Source of the DNA: Alphaproteobacteria bacterium
Lineage (GTDB): Bacteria > Pseudomonadota > Alphaproteobacteria > MPNO01 > UBA830
DNA length: 64,000 nucleotides
Assembly (NCBI GenBank): GCA_964291215.2
Contig: OZ219791.1
Span: 3,168,001 to 3,232,000, forward strand
Direction of reading: 5' to 3'
Position 1 is the first letter of the stretch; the number at the start of each line of letters is the position of its first letter. The position numbers and the translations under genes are program-made. Shown here one piece after another: positions 53,600 through 64,000 of the stretch. The notes under the pieces were generated by a model. The model saw only the letters and a program-made list of their open reading frames with translations, searched no databases and had not been told where the DNA came from.

Positions 53600-54208
53600 C
53601 CCGAGCGACAGGCACAGCCGACGGCGCCCCCGACAACTGGATCTTCCTGGAGAGCCTCTCGCCCGAAGCGCAAGCCGTCGACTTCTGGCATGCCTGCGAG
53701 CATCTCCGCACGGCCTCCGACCATGCCGTCGATCCCCGTTGGTTCGAGACTTACCGCCATATCCTGCGTCATGCCCCGTGCGGCGTCGCCAAGGTGATCC
53801 GGGCGCTGCGCTATCTGCGCGACAAGGCAGGCAGCAACCGCGCCGCGCGCAACGCCGTCGAGCGCGAACCCGCCTTCTTCCGCAAACACCGCAAGCGCAT
53901 GCGATACCGCAACCTCAGCGACCGGGGCATTACCATCGGTTCCGGCGTTGTCGAGGCCGCAAACAAAACCCTCGTCACACGGAGAATGAAGCGCTCCGGA
54001 ATGCGATGGCGCATCGCCGGCGGTCAGGCCGTCCTCACCGTACGCGCCCTCATCAAGTCCGGGCGCTTCGACCGCGCATGGGAAACCCTCATGGGCAAGG
54101 CCGATACCCCCGCAAACGAAAACAACCGCACCGGCTACGCCCCCAAGCGTGCCGCATAAACGGGTTCAGCCGAGCGATCACAACATCGCCATGCCAGACT
54201 CACGCCCT
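53600..54208 (+). mobile_element. ISKra4-like transposase 3' remnant
   Basis: ADGAPDNW, DFWHACEHL, IGSGVVEAANK, RMKRSGMRW; end GACTCACGCCC. Confidence 0.78.
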
Positions 54209-54209
54209 T

Positions 54210-57200
54210 TCAGCGCGACCATGAGTTCTTGATCTCCGAAAACTCGTTTGGATCGCAGCATAGCTCGCGCCAGCACCGGATCTCATCCGGCTCGCCCGAT
54301 TCAGACTGCTGACAGTACTTGAACAACGAGAACGCCAATGAAGCCGCTGCAGCTCGGATGGCGATCACTCCGTCCTGATCGTTGCCCTTGATACCGCTCG
54401 ATGTTTCATCGGCGATTTCCGCGAGGCCAGCAAGTAGGCCAGACAACGCCTCCGCCGAAAGGAACCAAGGCTGCGTCTCGACCAAGTCCGCTACTACCCG
54501 GAGCCTCTGTACAAGAGCCGGGCGATGCCGCCACTGGACGCCGTCTACCAGAATTGCGCCAATGGTAGCGAAATCGTCGCGCGCGTTTCGCGCCACCAGT
54601 GTGCGTGCCAGCACTCCGGCTGCGACAACTGCATCAGCAACCACATCATGTTTGCCACTCAACATCGCGGCAGCTACTCGATCAAGTACCCGTTCGCGAG
54701 TCTGGGGAAGAATGCTCAAGGCTGCTGCTTCAAGCTCGCCCGCGGGGATGTGGCAGCGCTCCAGATCCGTGAGGAAGTCTACTAGGCTATCGACTTCCAC
54801 ATCGGCGTCTTGGTCTGCAGGAAGGTGCGCAATTACCGCCGACAGGGTGTGGATGACCCTTACAACTGTGCGGTTCGTGCTGTCGGCAGGGGATCCAAAC
54901 GGCATTGGCGTACGAAGGAGCAACAGATTCTTGTTCGCGGCCCACCATCCTGAGAGTTTGGCGACCAACTCCAGCGCGTCAAACTTGGACCACTTGACAT
55001 GGCTGCCGGAGTTCTTGAGTTCGTCCAGGATATTGTCCAGGCGACTGTCTTCCAGTCGCTCATCAATGCTCGATTTCAGGTGCTCCTTCACCCAGGGTTC
55101 CGGGTCTAATTCGTTGGGATGCGGTAGCGTGATGCATACGAAACTGTAGTAGCCGGGGATGATCGGCACTTCCGGAGCTTCAACGCCATCCCACAGCGCT
55201 GCCCCAAGGCGTTCGGACTGGTGTTCATTCAGCTTGCCCAGTTGATGTAGCCATACAACCGACGTCATCGCCCATTCGCGATCAGGTGCGCTGGGGGCGA
55301 TTCGATCGAGCAACTCGTCGATCTTATCCCCCGCTACTGCGAGCGTTTCTCCATCTACCGACGCGGGCAGACGGACTCGGCGCACTGGGTTGACGAATTG
55401 CTGCACTTCGATTTCGGTCAGACCGTCCGGCACAGGAAAGTCAATGAGCGTAGGCACTGCACGAGCGAGCTCTTCGGCCGACATACTGTCGAAGAGGCGG
55501 TACGAGAATCGCCCGACTTCGGCGAACATCCGTCTCCGCTTCGAACCGTAGATCGCGCGGAGCACACCCAGCAGACGCTCCCGGTATGCCGGCGAGCACT
55601 TGTAGCAGAGCCGCGAAAATACCTCCGGGAAGGTTCTTGCTAGCTGCTCGAAGCTCTCGGCCTCGGACAAATCGAGCTCGTCGACCATGACGATCGTGCG
55701 CTCAAAGGCAGGCAAGTAGATCTCCAACAACGTATCCGCTTCGTTGGACCTGAGACCGGCCAGGTACTCCCGGTCGAACAGCTGGTCGGCGGCCTTCGCA
55801 TTGCCAAGACGCACGATGTTCGTCAATGCCCAGTGTGGCGAATAGCGACCGATGCGGGGCAACGTCGATTCCACTGGGCCTTTGACGAAAGTGGTATGGT
55901 CGATCCGATAGGGCATGCCGATGTCTTCGTACATCCGCAGTAGCCCGTACGCTGCAACCGCTTCTGGATCGATCTCGGCATGAATTGTAGTAGACACATA
56001 TCCGAGGTCGAAGCTATGGTTGGTGCTTTCCGGCTTCCAGCGCACTGAGGGGTGCCGGAGACGCGCGGAGAACCATGCGATTTCCCGACGCGGGTCACAT
56101 CTGTATCGCGCAAGTTCGTTCCACCGCTCGGACAGTTCGTCGAAGAGGTTGCTGTCGTCTGTTTCCCGTCCCCATGGGGTCATGCTGCGGTCGACCGCCC
56201 AGATCAACAGCATGACCACCGACTCTTGCGAGACCAGAGTGTAGTCGTCAGCGACAGGGTTCAGATTCAGTTGCTGGCGGATTGCCGACAGGCTCGTCTC
56301 CAGGATGGAATGTGCGGTCGCTGTTTCTCCCAACTCCGCCATCAGGGCAGCACGCTTTGCCTCCCAGAAGGGCAGGTTCTCATTGGGCTGCCAGTCCACC
56401 AGTAGACGTTTCGCTTCGACTGGATCGAAGCGGAAGAGCGCTTGTAGCGCCTTCTCCAACCGGAACCTGGCCTTATGTTCGGGCAACAGCCTCGCGAAGT
56501 CGTTCTCTATCGCCTGCGTGACTGCTTGCCATTTCTCATCCAGCCCTTCTTCGCGATAGTGGCGCAGCAGCCATAGACGGATGTTGGCGACTGCCTCGAA
56601 CACTGATGCTGTTGTCCAGTCAGCTCTCTCTGGCAACGACAGCGTCGCGTCGTTGTACTTCGTTGCGACCTCCTCAAGGAACATCGGTAGTTCCCCGAAC
56701 AGTGGGAACAGGCAGCGGTCCAGACGCCATGCCGATTCGAATGCGAGGTCGAGATCCAGGGGAGTGTCCAGCCGAGCGCGATCCGCCGAGGACAGCTGAG
56801 AAAGACGTGATAGCCAGCTTTCGGTATGGCGCCATAGAGAGCGTCGCCGATCCTCGGGCACCACCACCCAGCCGGGGTATTCGAGGCGCTGGCGACGCCA
56901 CTCTGCCGCAATGTCAGTGTAGTTTTCGGAATCGGCTTCCGTTGGCCATGACGGGGCATCTGCCGAAACCGTTGGCCAGTCTGCGGCGCGGGATTTGCGG
57001 CTGTTAATGTATTTCAGAAAATGATCGAACGCCTCCTCATGGTCTGTGCTAAACGCGGAGAGGTCGACGACGACGATGCCGCGCCTGTCGAGCAGCTTTC
57101 TGTCCGCGCCGCTCAACGTATTGAACACCCCGAGCAGATATAATTTCGGCGAGGTCTCCTTGCCAACGTGATCTCGTATCCAGCCGACCCACTGCAGGAA

Positions 57201-57848
57201 GTTTGGATCGTCGCCCGAGAATCCGATCAGGCACAGGGTGTTCTCTAGCAGCGACTGGCGCACGGTGTTTACGAACGGCGCGTGATCGCCGGGGTAACGC
57301 CGGTAGTCTTCTTCGGTTATGACGAAAGGGGGCGACGGAAAATTTCCATGCAGCTTCACGATCCTCGGTTTGTTCGCGTAGAGCAGATCCTCTTTCTTGG
57401 CCACGATGTCGTAGTGATTGACCGTCACGGATGCGCGGGCACGTTCGAGCAGCGTATCGTAGTTCGTCGTGAAGACATCTTGCCAAGGTAGGTTCAGCAG
57501 CTGGCTATGCAGCGGCGAGGGCTCGTAGGTCAGATCCGGGATTTCACGCCGTAGGAAGTCGTCCAATACCGGACGTCCGAACGCCGCCTCGACCTGTTCG
57601 GCCAGCTTCAGAAGGTTCAGGTACCTGGCTTCCTTGCCTGGAGACCTCCCATGCAGCTTCTTGAAAAAGGAATCTCCGAGTTCGCTCCAGTCCGGGAAGG
57701 ATGCAGACGCCGAACCCACAGGCTTCGCGTTCCGGCTGAAACCAGATCCCACCATCACCGCGGCGTTGTTCGACCACAGCCGATCCGCGATTTCGTCGAG
57801 ATACGGCTTTATGTGGTCAGGTGGATCGACAAGCATTGCTGGGCTCAT
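54210..57848 (-). CDS. Large SIR2-domain defence protein, Dsr1-like
   Basis: VGSGFSRNA, FTTNYDTLLE, VKLHG, IGFSGDDPNF; ~1210 aa with long helical C-terminus; start approximate. Confidence 0.85.
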   Translation of the reverse strand: MSPAMLVDPPDHIKPYLDEIADRLWSNNAAVMVGSGFSRNAKPVGSASASFPDWSELGDSFFKKLHGRSPGKEARYLNLLKLAEQVEAAFGRPVLDDFLRREIPDLTYEPSPLHSQLLNLPWQDVFTTNYDTLLERARASVTVNHYDIVAKKEDLLYANKPRIVKLHGNFPSPPFVITEEDYRRYPGDHAPFVNTVRQSLLENTLCLIGFSGDDPNFLQWVGWIRDHVGKETSPKLYLLGVFNTLSGADRKLLDRRGIVVVDLSAFSTDHEEAFDHFLKYINSRKSRAADWPTVSADAPSWPTEADSENYTDIAAEWRRQRLEYPGWVVVPEDRRRSLWRHTESWLSRLSQLSSADRARLDTPLDLDLAFESAWRLDRCLFPLFGELPMFLEEVATKYNDATLSLPERADWTTASVFEAVANIRLWLLRHYREEGLDEKWQAVTQAIENDFARLLPEHKARFRLEKALQALFRFDPVEAKRLLVDWQPNENLPFWEAKRAALMAELGETATAHSILETSLSAIRQQLNLNPVADDYTLVSQESVVMLLIWAVDRSMTPWGRETDDSNLFDELSERWNELARYRCDPRREIAWFSARLRHPSVRWKPESTNHSFDLGYVSTTIHAEIDPEAVAAYGLLRMYEDIGMPYRIDHTTFVKGPVESTLPRIGRYSPHWALTNIVRLGNAKAADQLFDREYLAGLRSNEADTLLEIYLPAFERTIVMVDELDLSEAESFEQLARTFPEVFSRLCYKCSPAYRERLLGVLRAIYGSKRRRMFAEVGRFSYRLFDSMSAEELARAVPTLIDFPVPDGLTEIEVQQFVNPVRRVRLPASVDGETLAVAGDKIDELLDRIAPSAPDREWAMTSVVWLHQLGKLNEHQSERLGAALWDGVEAPEVPIIPGYYSFVCITLPHPNELDPEPWVKEHLKSSIDERLEDSRLDNILDELKNSGSHVKWSKFDALELVAKLSGWWAANKNLLLLRTPMPFGSPADSTNRTVVRVIHTLSAVIAHLPADQDADVEVDSLVDFLTDLERCHIPAGELEAAALSILPQTRERVLDRVAAAMLSGKHDVVADAVVAAGVLARTLVARNARDDFATIGAILVDGVQWRHRPALVQRLRVVADLVETQPWFLSAEALSGLLAGLAEIADETSSGIKGNDQDGVIAIRAAAASLAFSLFKYCQQSESGEPDEIRCWRELCCDPNEFSEIKNSWSR

Positions 57849-57901
57849 TCGGTGAAGCACTCGGCTAGGTATCAGCAATCAACGGTCGTTTCGAGACCAG
57901 A

Positions 57902-58150
57902 CTAGGTCCTGTGGACGGATTTGATCAGGATGAAGGCGGCGTCGAATGCGACGAAGAAACTGAAGTTTATGGCCGTTTTTTCGCAACGCAAGGCGATGCG
58001 TTTGAAGCGTTTGATCTTGCCGACGGCCCGTTCGGCGCGGGCGCGGGGTCCGTAGAGCGCCCTTGCGAACCACTTCGGCCTGTTTTTGATATTCCTGATC
58101 GGCGATCTGGGAGGTGTGCGGATGGCGGTATGAACCATTTCTTGCAATGA
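57902..58150 (-). mobile_element. IS5-family 3' remnant
   Basis: R.RAERAVGKIKRFKRIALRCEKTA. Confidence 0.72.
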
Positions 58151-58164
58151 GTTGAGCGCAATCA

Positions 58165-58425
58165 GGTGCGCCACGGCCATGTACACCCTGATCGGCACCG
58201 CCAGGCTCAACAAGGCCGATTCCCAAGTTTGGCTCGCCGATGTGCTCGCCCGCATCGCCGGGACGCCGCGGATCCGGCTCGACGCACTCCTTACCAGAAC
58301 CGGCGGGACGACCGGCAACCCGATCGGGGCGCATGGCAAAGGTCCCGCCTGACCCTCCCCGATCGGCTCCACGCCCGCCACAAACTCAGATCTCGATACC
58401 CTGCGGTCTTCGGCGGATGCTTGCA
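58165..58425 (+). mobile_element. IS66 tnpC C-terminal fragment and degenerate TIR
   Basis: AMYTLIGTARLN..WLADVLARIA..RLDALL; GGCGGATGCTTGC. Confidence 0.65.
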
Positions 58426-58429
58426 TCCG

Positions 58430-59711
58430 ACCGCTCCGGATCCCCGGTTCTGCCCCGAAGAGGAACCCCCTCCCTCTCTGGCGCAATTGGCTTTCCGGGA
58501 CCCCGGGCGCTGCGGCCAATACGTCGCCGTGTTCCGCCTCGTCCGGCAGCGGAGGCACCTCCGCCCTGTACCCCATTGCTCGCGCGATGACGACCGCGGC
58601 CTGCATGGCGGCGACCCGCAGCGCACCATCGTCGAGATGGGCGTAGATCGCGGTGGTCTCCCGCTTGCGGTGTCCGAGCAGCCGTCCGACGGTGGTGAGC
58701 CCGACGCCGTTCATGACGCCCTGGGAGGCCCAGGTGTGGCGGCAGTCGTGGATGCGAAGGCCCGGAAGCCCCGCCTCGTCGCGGATACCGCACCAGAAGG
58801 TGTAGAGCCTTGCCGATGTGAGGGTTTCGGGGAACACCCGCTCCCGGCCATCCAGTCGCGGCAGCGCCTCGACCAGCCTTGCCGCTTCGGGCCCGAGCCA
58901 GATGGTGCGCGAGCCGGTCTTGGAGTCTTCGATGCGCGCGCTCGCGCCGTCTCCGGCCAGCTCTCCGATATCGTCCCACCTGAGGTTGATGACTTCGGAG
59001 AGCCGCGCCCCGGTCAGGGTCAACAGCCGGATGGCCGCCACCGGCCACGGCTGTTCCTCCCGGTGGCGGTCGAGCACCGCGCCGAGACGCTCCAGCTCTT
59101 CGCGGCTGAGGTAACGCGCGACGGGCTTGCGGGGGTTCTTCACGATGTTGGCGCAGGCATCGGGGACATGCTCGCCGATGTCGCCCCATTGGCGGGCCGT
59201 CCCGAGCATGGCGCGGAGTATCTCGAAGGCGCGGTTGGCGGCGCCTGTCCGCGCTGGCGGCGTCGAACCATGCCGAGACCCGCGCATGGTCGATGGCGTC
59301 GAGCCGGAGCCTGCCGAAGTGGGGCATCAGGCGGTTCTTCATGTAGCTATCGAAGGTCTCGAGCGAGGACGGCTTCCAGCGGTGTTTCCGCCGCGAGCGG
59401 TAACGGGCGGCGAAGTCCCGGAACAGCGGCGCCTTCTCCTTGCGCGGCGGCGTCACGTCCTCGCCGCCCCACAGGCGGGCGAGCACGGCCGCGCCTTCCC
59501 GGCGGGCCGCGTCGAGAGGCAGTTCGGGGAAGCGCCCGAGGGTGATCTTGCGCATGCGTCCCCGGACGCGGGTCTGGACGATCCGGGACCGGACGCCGGA
59601 GGGCTGCACCCTGACCCCGAAATGCGCCAGCAGATTGTCCCACAGGGTGTATTCCCGTTCCGCCGGCTTGGTGACGGCCTTCACGGTGAGCCGGTGCCTG
59701 CGGCCGCTCAT
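58430..59711 (-). pseudogene. Tyrosine integrase 2 (Arm-binding domain), frameshifted near 59245
   Basis: LWD..FGVRV.PSG; TGARLSE, DSKTG, IHDCRH, LLGH..TTAIYAH. Confidence 0.85.
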
Positions 59712-60830
59712 CGCCCGCTCTCCTTCCCGGTCATGGCCTCGTGGACGATGCCGGAGATACGCCCGGCCGCCTCGCGGACATGCTCGTCGGCGAGATGGGC
59801 GTAGCGTTCGGTGGAGGCGGTATCGGCATGGCCGAGCAGGCGGCCGACGGTGTAGAGGTCGAGGCCGCTCATCACGGCATGGGAGGCGAAGGTATGTCGG
59901 CAGTCGTGGATGCGCACATCGTCCAGCCCGGCGAGACCGCGCAGCTTCTGCCAGCGCAGGCCGAGGTCGGTCATCGGGCCGTCGCCCTTCCCGTTCGGGA
60001 AGACGAAGCGTCCCTCGCGCGGCAGGCCATTCAGGACGGCCCGCGCGGGCGGCGGAAGCTGGAGCGCCCGGTCTTGGAGTCCGGCAACACCGCGCGGGTG
60101 TCCCGTATCCAGTCCCATTGCAGGCCGGCGATCTCGAACGACCGGGCGCCGGTGAACAGCAGCAGGCGGATGGCGGCCTGCCGGTCCTCCGCATGGTCGA
60201 GCACTAAGCCGAGGCGCTTCAACTCGTCCAGGGACAGGAACCGCTCGCGCGGCGCCGTCCTGTAGCGCCGCATGTTGCGGCAGGGGTTGGAGCCCTGCGG
60301 GCGAAGGTCCCATAGCTCCGCCTGCCGCATCATCACCGAGAGCACCGGCAGGGTCCGGTTGGCGCTGCCGGGGGTTCCGCTGAGGGAATCGAACCAGCGC
60401 CGCACATTGGCGCGGTCGATCTTCGCGACGGGCATCGCGCCGAAGAAGGGCGGGAGGCGGCGCTCGATCAGATGGGCGTTGGCCTTCTTCGTGGAGGGTT
60501 TCCAGCGCCGCCCCTGGCGGCGCATGAAGTCGGCCGCGAAGTCGGCGAACAGCGGCCCGGTCTCGCGGTCGGCCCCGGCTTCGGCGATGGCGGCAATGGC
60601 CTTCTCCCTCGCCTCGGCGGCGGTCATGTCGTCGGTCGTGCCGAGGATCGCCCTGGGCGCGCCGAACTGGCGTGAGGTCTGGACGAAGAAGGTCTTCGTC
60701 CCGGCGACGGTGAAGCCGAAGGCGGGCAGGTCCCTGACGGTCAGGCCGTATCGTCCGGGTTTCTTCTCCCTGAAGGTGCGGCGGACCGTCCGCTCGTTGA
60801 TGGGGGCATGGATGCGCGTGTCTCCGTTGT
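59708..60830 (-). pseudogene. Tyrosine integrase 1, frameshifted near 60065
   Basis: TGARSFEI, DSKTG, IHDCRH, LLGH..STERYAH; stop overlaps integrase 2 start (ATGA). Confidence 0.85.
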
Positions 60831-61651
60831 CTGTTCCCTCGGGCGCCGTCCGTCCCGGGGGAACGGAACGGCGCTCTTGAACGGACAACGCGACCCGCGC
60901 GCGAAACCGCGGCCACAGGCCGGGTCAAGCCCAACCGTCTGTCACGCAACGGAAAACTGCCGACCGATGCAGACCGGCCGGGCCTCGCTCCCTGCATCAA
61001 GGATGCGTCGGGTGTGACCCTGACGCGCCGAAGGGCGTTCCAATCGCGCTTCCTGACCGCTCACCCCGTCGGGCGCTGCAAGCTGTTGTGCCATCGGCAT
61101 TCAGCCCGAGCGGCGGTTGAGCGGCAGCACCCGCCGCGCACTTGCGGAGACAGTCCTGCGAACCGCCGCGCGGCTTCCGAGCGGCACTATAGGAAGCACG
61201 AGGGAGCGATACAATGCGCGAAGTCCCGTTCATCGGCAGCGTCATTCGCTCGGCCCGTATCATCGGCGGCGGTGCGGGCCCGACCGGTCCGGCCGATATA
61301 CAATCGCGGTTACATGGCTGCCTGTAGCGGCGAACCGCGTCGTGCGCATGTCGCCGCATGGTCGCTTCAATGCGGTGGGCATGACGATGCAGGCTGGAGC
61401 GCAGATTCGACGGCGGCCCGCGTGAACTGTCGGGCGGCCAGCAATCAAGGCGGGGACCTACCGCATCCGGCAGGTGCATTATGTCGATCGCGTGAGCGAT
61501 GTTTCATTGTCGGGATGGTTGCATGTCGCTCCGTCGTCGGCGACAACAGACGCATGGCAGAAACAAACAAGAAACTGCCGGCAGCGGAAGCATGCTTCAC
61601 GGACGGTCGGCGCTGCCGGCCCCTGTCCATATCCTTGCGGCGCCCGACGCC

Positions 61652-64000
61652 ATGACGCCGGACGCGTTCATCGCCAAGTGGCGGGCGTCGGAATTGAAGG
61701 AACGCTCGGCGTCGCAGGAGCATTTCATCGACCTGTGCCGCCTGCTGGGTGAGCCGACGCCGGCGGAAGCCGACCCGGTGGGCGAACAGTACTGCTTCGA
61801 GCGCGGGGCGCGGAAGGACAGCGGCGGCGACGGCTGGGCCGATGTGTGGAAGCGCGGCTGCTTCGCCTGGGAGTACAAGGGCAAGCACGCCGACCTCGAC
61901 GCGGCGTTCAACCAGCTTCGCCAGTACGCGCTTGCGCTGGATAACCCGCCGCTGCTGATCGTCTCGGACATGGCGCGGTTCCGCATCCGCACCAACTGGA
62001 CCAACAGCGTGAGCGAGACGCACGAGTTCACGCTCGACGATCTGGCCGACGGCGCGACCCGCGACAAGCTCAAATGGGCGATGTCGGACCCGGAGCGGCT
62101 GCGGCCGGGTGAGACGCGACAGGCGGTGACGGAACGCGCGGCGGCGACCTTCGCGGCGCTTGCGCAGGGCTTGCGCGAGCGGGGCCACGTTCCGCAGGCG
62201 GTGGCGCATTTCGTGAACCGGCTCGTGTTCTGCATGTTCGCGGAGGATGTGGACCTGCTGCCGGGCAGCATGTTCACCCGGATGCTGGAACAGGCGCGGA
62301 GGCAGCCCGACGAATTCGCCGAACTGGCGGGCGATCTGTTCAGCGCAATGTCCACAGGTGGCCGGATCGGCTTTGAATCGGTGGCCTGGTTCAACGGCGG
62401 TTTGTTCGACGACGACGCGGCGTTGCCCCTCGACCGCGCGGGGATCGAGACGGCGCTCAAGGCCGCGGCGCTCGACTGGTCGGAGATCGACCCGTCGATT
62501 CTCGGCACGTTGTTCGAACGCGGCCTCGATCCGGACAAGCGCTCACAACTCGGGGCGCACTACACCGACCGCGACAAGATCATGGATATCGTCAAGCCGG
62601 TGATCGTCCGTCCGCTGCTCGCGGAATGGAAGACGGCGAAAGCCGAAATCACGGCCTTGGTCGAGCGCGCCGATGCGACCGGTTCGCCAGCAACCCGGAC
62701 ACGGCTGCAGCGCCGGGCGAACGAGGCGTTGCGCGTCTTCCTCGAACGGCTGCGGCAGTTCACTGTGCTCGATCCGGCCTGCGGGTCGGGCAACTTCCTC
62801 TATCTCGCGCTGCACGCGCTCAAAGACATTGAGCATCAGGTCCAGCTCGAAGCGGAGGTCCTCGGCCTTCCGCTCGGGTTCCCGGCAGTGGGCCCGCCGA
62901 ATGTGAAAGGCATTGAGATCAACCCCTATGCGGCGGAGCTTGCCCGCGTGTCGGTGTGGATCGGAGAAATCCAGTGGATGCGGCGTAACGGCTTCGGCGC
63001 CTCGACCGATCCGGTTCTCAAGCCGCTCGACACCATCGAATGCCGCGACGCGATCCTCGCGCCGGACGAGAGCGAGCCCGAGTGGCCGAGGGCCGATGTC
63101 GTGATCGGCAATCCGCCGTTTCTTGGGGACCGGATGATGCGAGGCGGTTTGGGCCACGAATACACCGAGCGTTTGCGCCAAGCCTATCGGGGTTCGGTGC
63201 CAGCCTCCGCCGATCTGGTCTGCTACTGGTTCGCCAAGGCTGGCGCGCTGGTGGGCCGAGGCGAGATCGCCCGTGCCGGCTTGGTCGCGACGAACTCGAT
63301 CCGGGGCGGCAACAACCGTCCCATCCTCGATCGGATCGTCGCCGACAGCGCCATATTCGACGCTTGGTCGGACGAACCCTGGGTGGTCGACGGCGCGGCG
63401 GTGCGGGTGTCGCTAGTGTGTTTCGGCCCGCGCGACGCCGACCTTCCCATCTCGCTGAACGGACAGCCAGCACCCCTGATCCGCGCTGACCTGACCGAAG
63501 ATGGAATCGACTTGACCGCGGTCGCGCGGCTGGATTGCAACAGGGTCGTTGCATTCTTGGGCGTCTACAAGAACGGCCCGTTCGACATTCCGGGTGATCG
63601 GGCGTGGGAGTGGCTCTCCCTGCCGGCCAACCCGAACGGCCGTCCGAACGCCGATGTCCTCAAGCCGAGGGTCAACGGCATGGATTTGACCCGGCGTTCC
63701 GCGGGCAACTGGATCGTCGATTTCGGCGAGGATATGAGCGAAGCCGAGGCCGCGCTTTACGAAGCGCCGTTTGCGCACATACTCAAGCATGTGAAGCCGG
63801 TGCGCCTCGGCAGGCGGCGGGAGAGACATCGAAGATACTGGTGGCGGCATGGAGAAACCCGTCCGGGCATGTGGCGGGCGCTCGACGGACTGTCCCGCTT
63901 TATTGCGACGCCGACCGTTTCCAAGCATCGGCTGTTCGTCTGGCTTGAGGCAGGCGTCTGTCCCGACCACCAGCTTATCGCCATCGCCCGCGACGACGAT
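61652..64000 (+). CDS. MmeI-like type IIL/IIG restriction-methylation enzyme, runs off the window end (not in ORF track)
   Basis: MTPDAFIAKW, WADVWK..WEYKG, FNGGLF, GAHYT, DPACGSGNF, GNPPFLG, ADLVCYWF. Confidence 0.9.
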   Translation, partial: MTPDAFIAKWRASELKERSASQEHFIDLCRLLGEPTPAEADPVGEQYCFERGARKDSGGDGWADVWKRGCFAWEYKGKHADLDAAFNQLRQYALALDNPPLLIVSDMARFRIRTNWTNSVSETHEFTLDDLADGATRDKLKWAMSDPERLRPGETRQAVTERAAATFAALAQGLRERGHVPQAVAHFVNRLVFCMFAEDVDLLPGSMFTRMLEQARRQPDEFAELAGDLFSAMSTGGRIGFESVAWFNGGLFDDDAALPLDRAGIETALKAAALDWSEIDPSILGTLFERGLDPDKRSQLGAHYTDRDKIMDIVKPVIVRPLLAEWKTAKAEITALVERADATGSPATRTRLQRRANEALRVFLERLRQFTVLDPACGSGNFLYLALHALKDIEHQVQLEAEVLGLPLGFPAVGPPNVKGIEINPYAAELARVSVWIGEIQWMRRNGFGASTDPVLKPLDTIECRDAILAPDESEPEWPRADVVIGNPPFLGDRMMRGGLGHEYTERLRQAYRGSVPASADLVCYWFAKAGALVGRGEIARAGLVATNSIRGGNNRPILDRIVADSAIFDAWSDEPWVVDGAAVRVSLVCFGPRDADLPISLNGQPAPLIRADLTEDGIDLTAVARLDCNRVVAFLGVYKNGPFDIPGDRAWEWLSLPANPNGRPNADVLKPRVNGMDLTRRSAGNWIVDFGEDMSEAEAALYEAPFAHILKHVKPVRLGRRRERHRRYWWRHGETRPGMWRALDGLSRFIATPTVSKHRLFVWLEAGVCPDHQLIAIARDDD

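Noticed and set aside
1-64000. tRNA, rRNA, cas or reverse transcriptase genes
   Set aside because: None recognised by eye; a covariance-model and HMM scan would be needed to exclude them

Overview
GC-rich bacterial window, most likely Alphaproteobacteria (short editing-domain-less ProRS and proS-lolC/E-lolD-dnaE synteny). An intact core block (11.5-25.1 kb: TPP enzyme, cupin, prpDBC, proS, lolE, lolD, dnaE) lies between two accessory regions. The left region (0.7-11.2 kb) is a cluster of decayed IS66, IS30, IS1634, ISNCY, ISAs1 and IS110 elements around an intact RES-Xre toxin-antitoxin pair. The right region (25.2-64 kb) is a defence island with two broken type I RM loci, HigBA, a type ISP-like RM enzyme, a GHKL-nuclease/C5-methyltransferase pair, a Dsr1-like sirtuin, an MmeI-like enzyme, an orphan 2-repeat CRISPR-like array, an RTX protein, tandem integrases and more IS debris. 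Main observations: (1) three IS66 elements from two divergent transposase lineages, each delimited by TIRs and 8-bp TSDs, carry a compact DNA adenine methyltransferase where tnpA/tnpB normally sit; (2) transposase genes are eroded by many short deletions, several flanked by microhomology, while some passenger genes and the core genes stay intact; (3) an orphan CRISPR-like unit whose flank may base-pair with the repeat. All family calls come from motif recognition by eye; no database searches were run.
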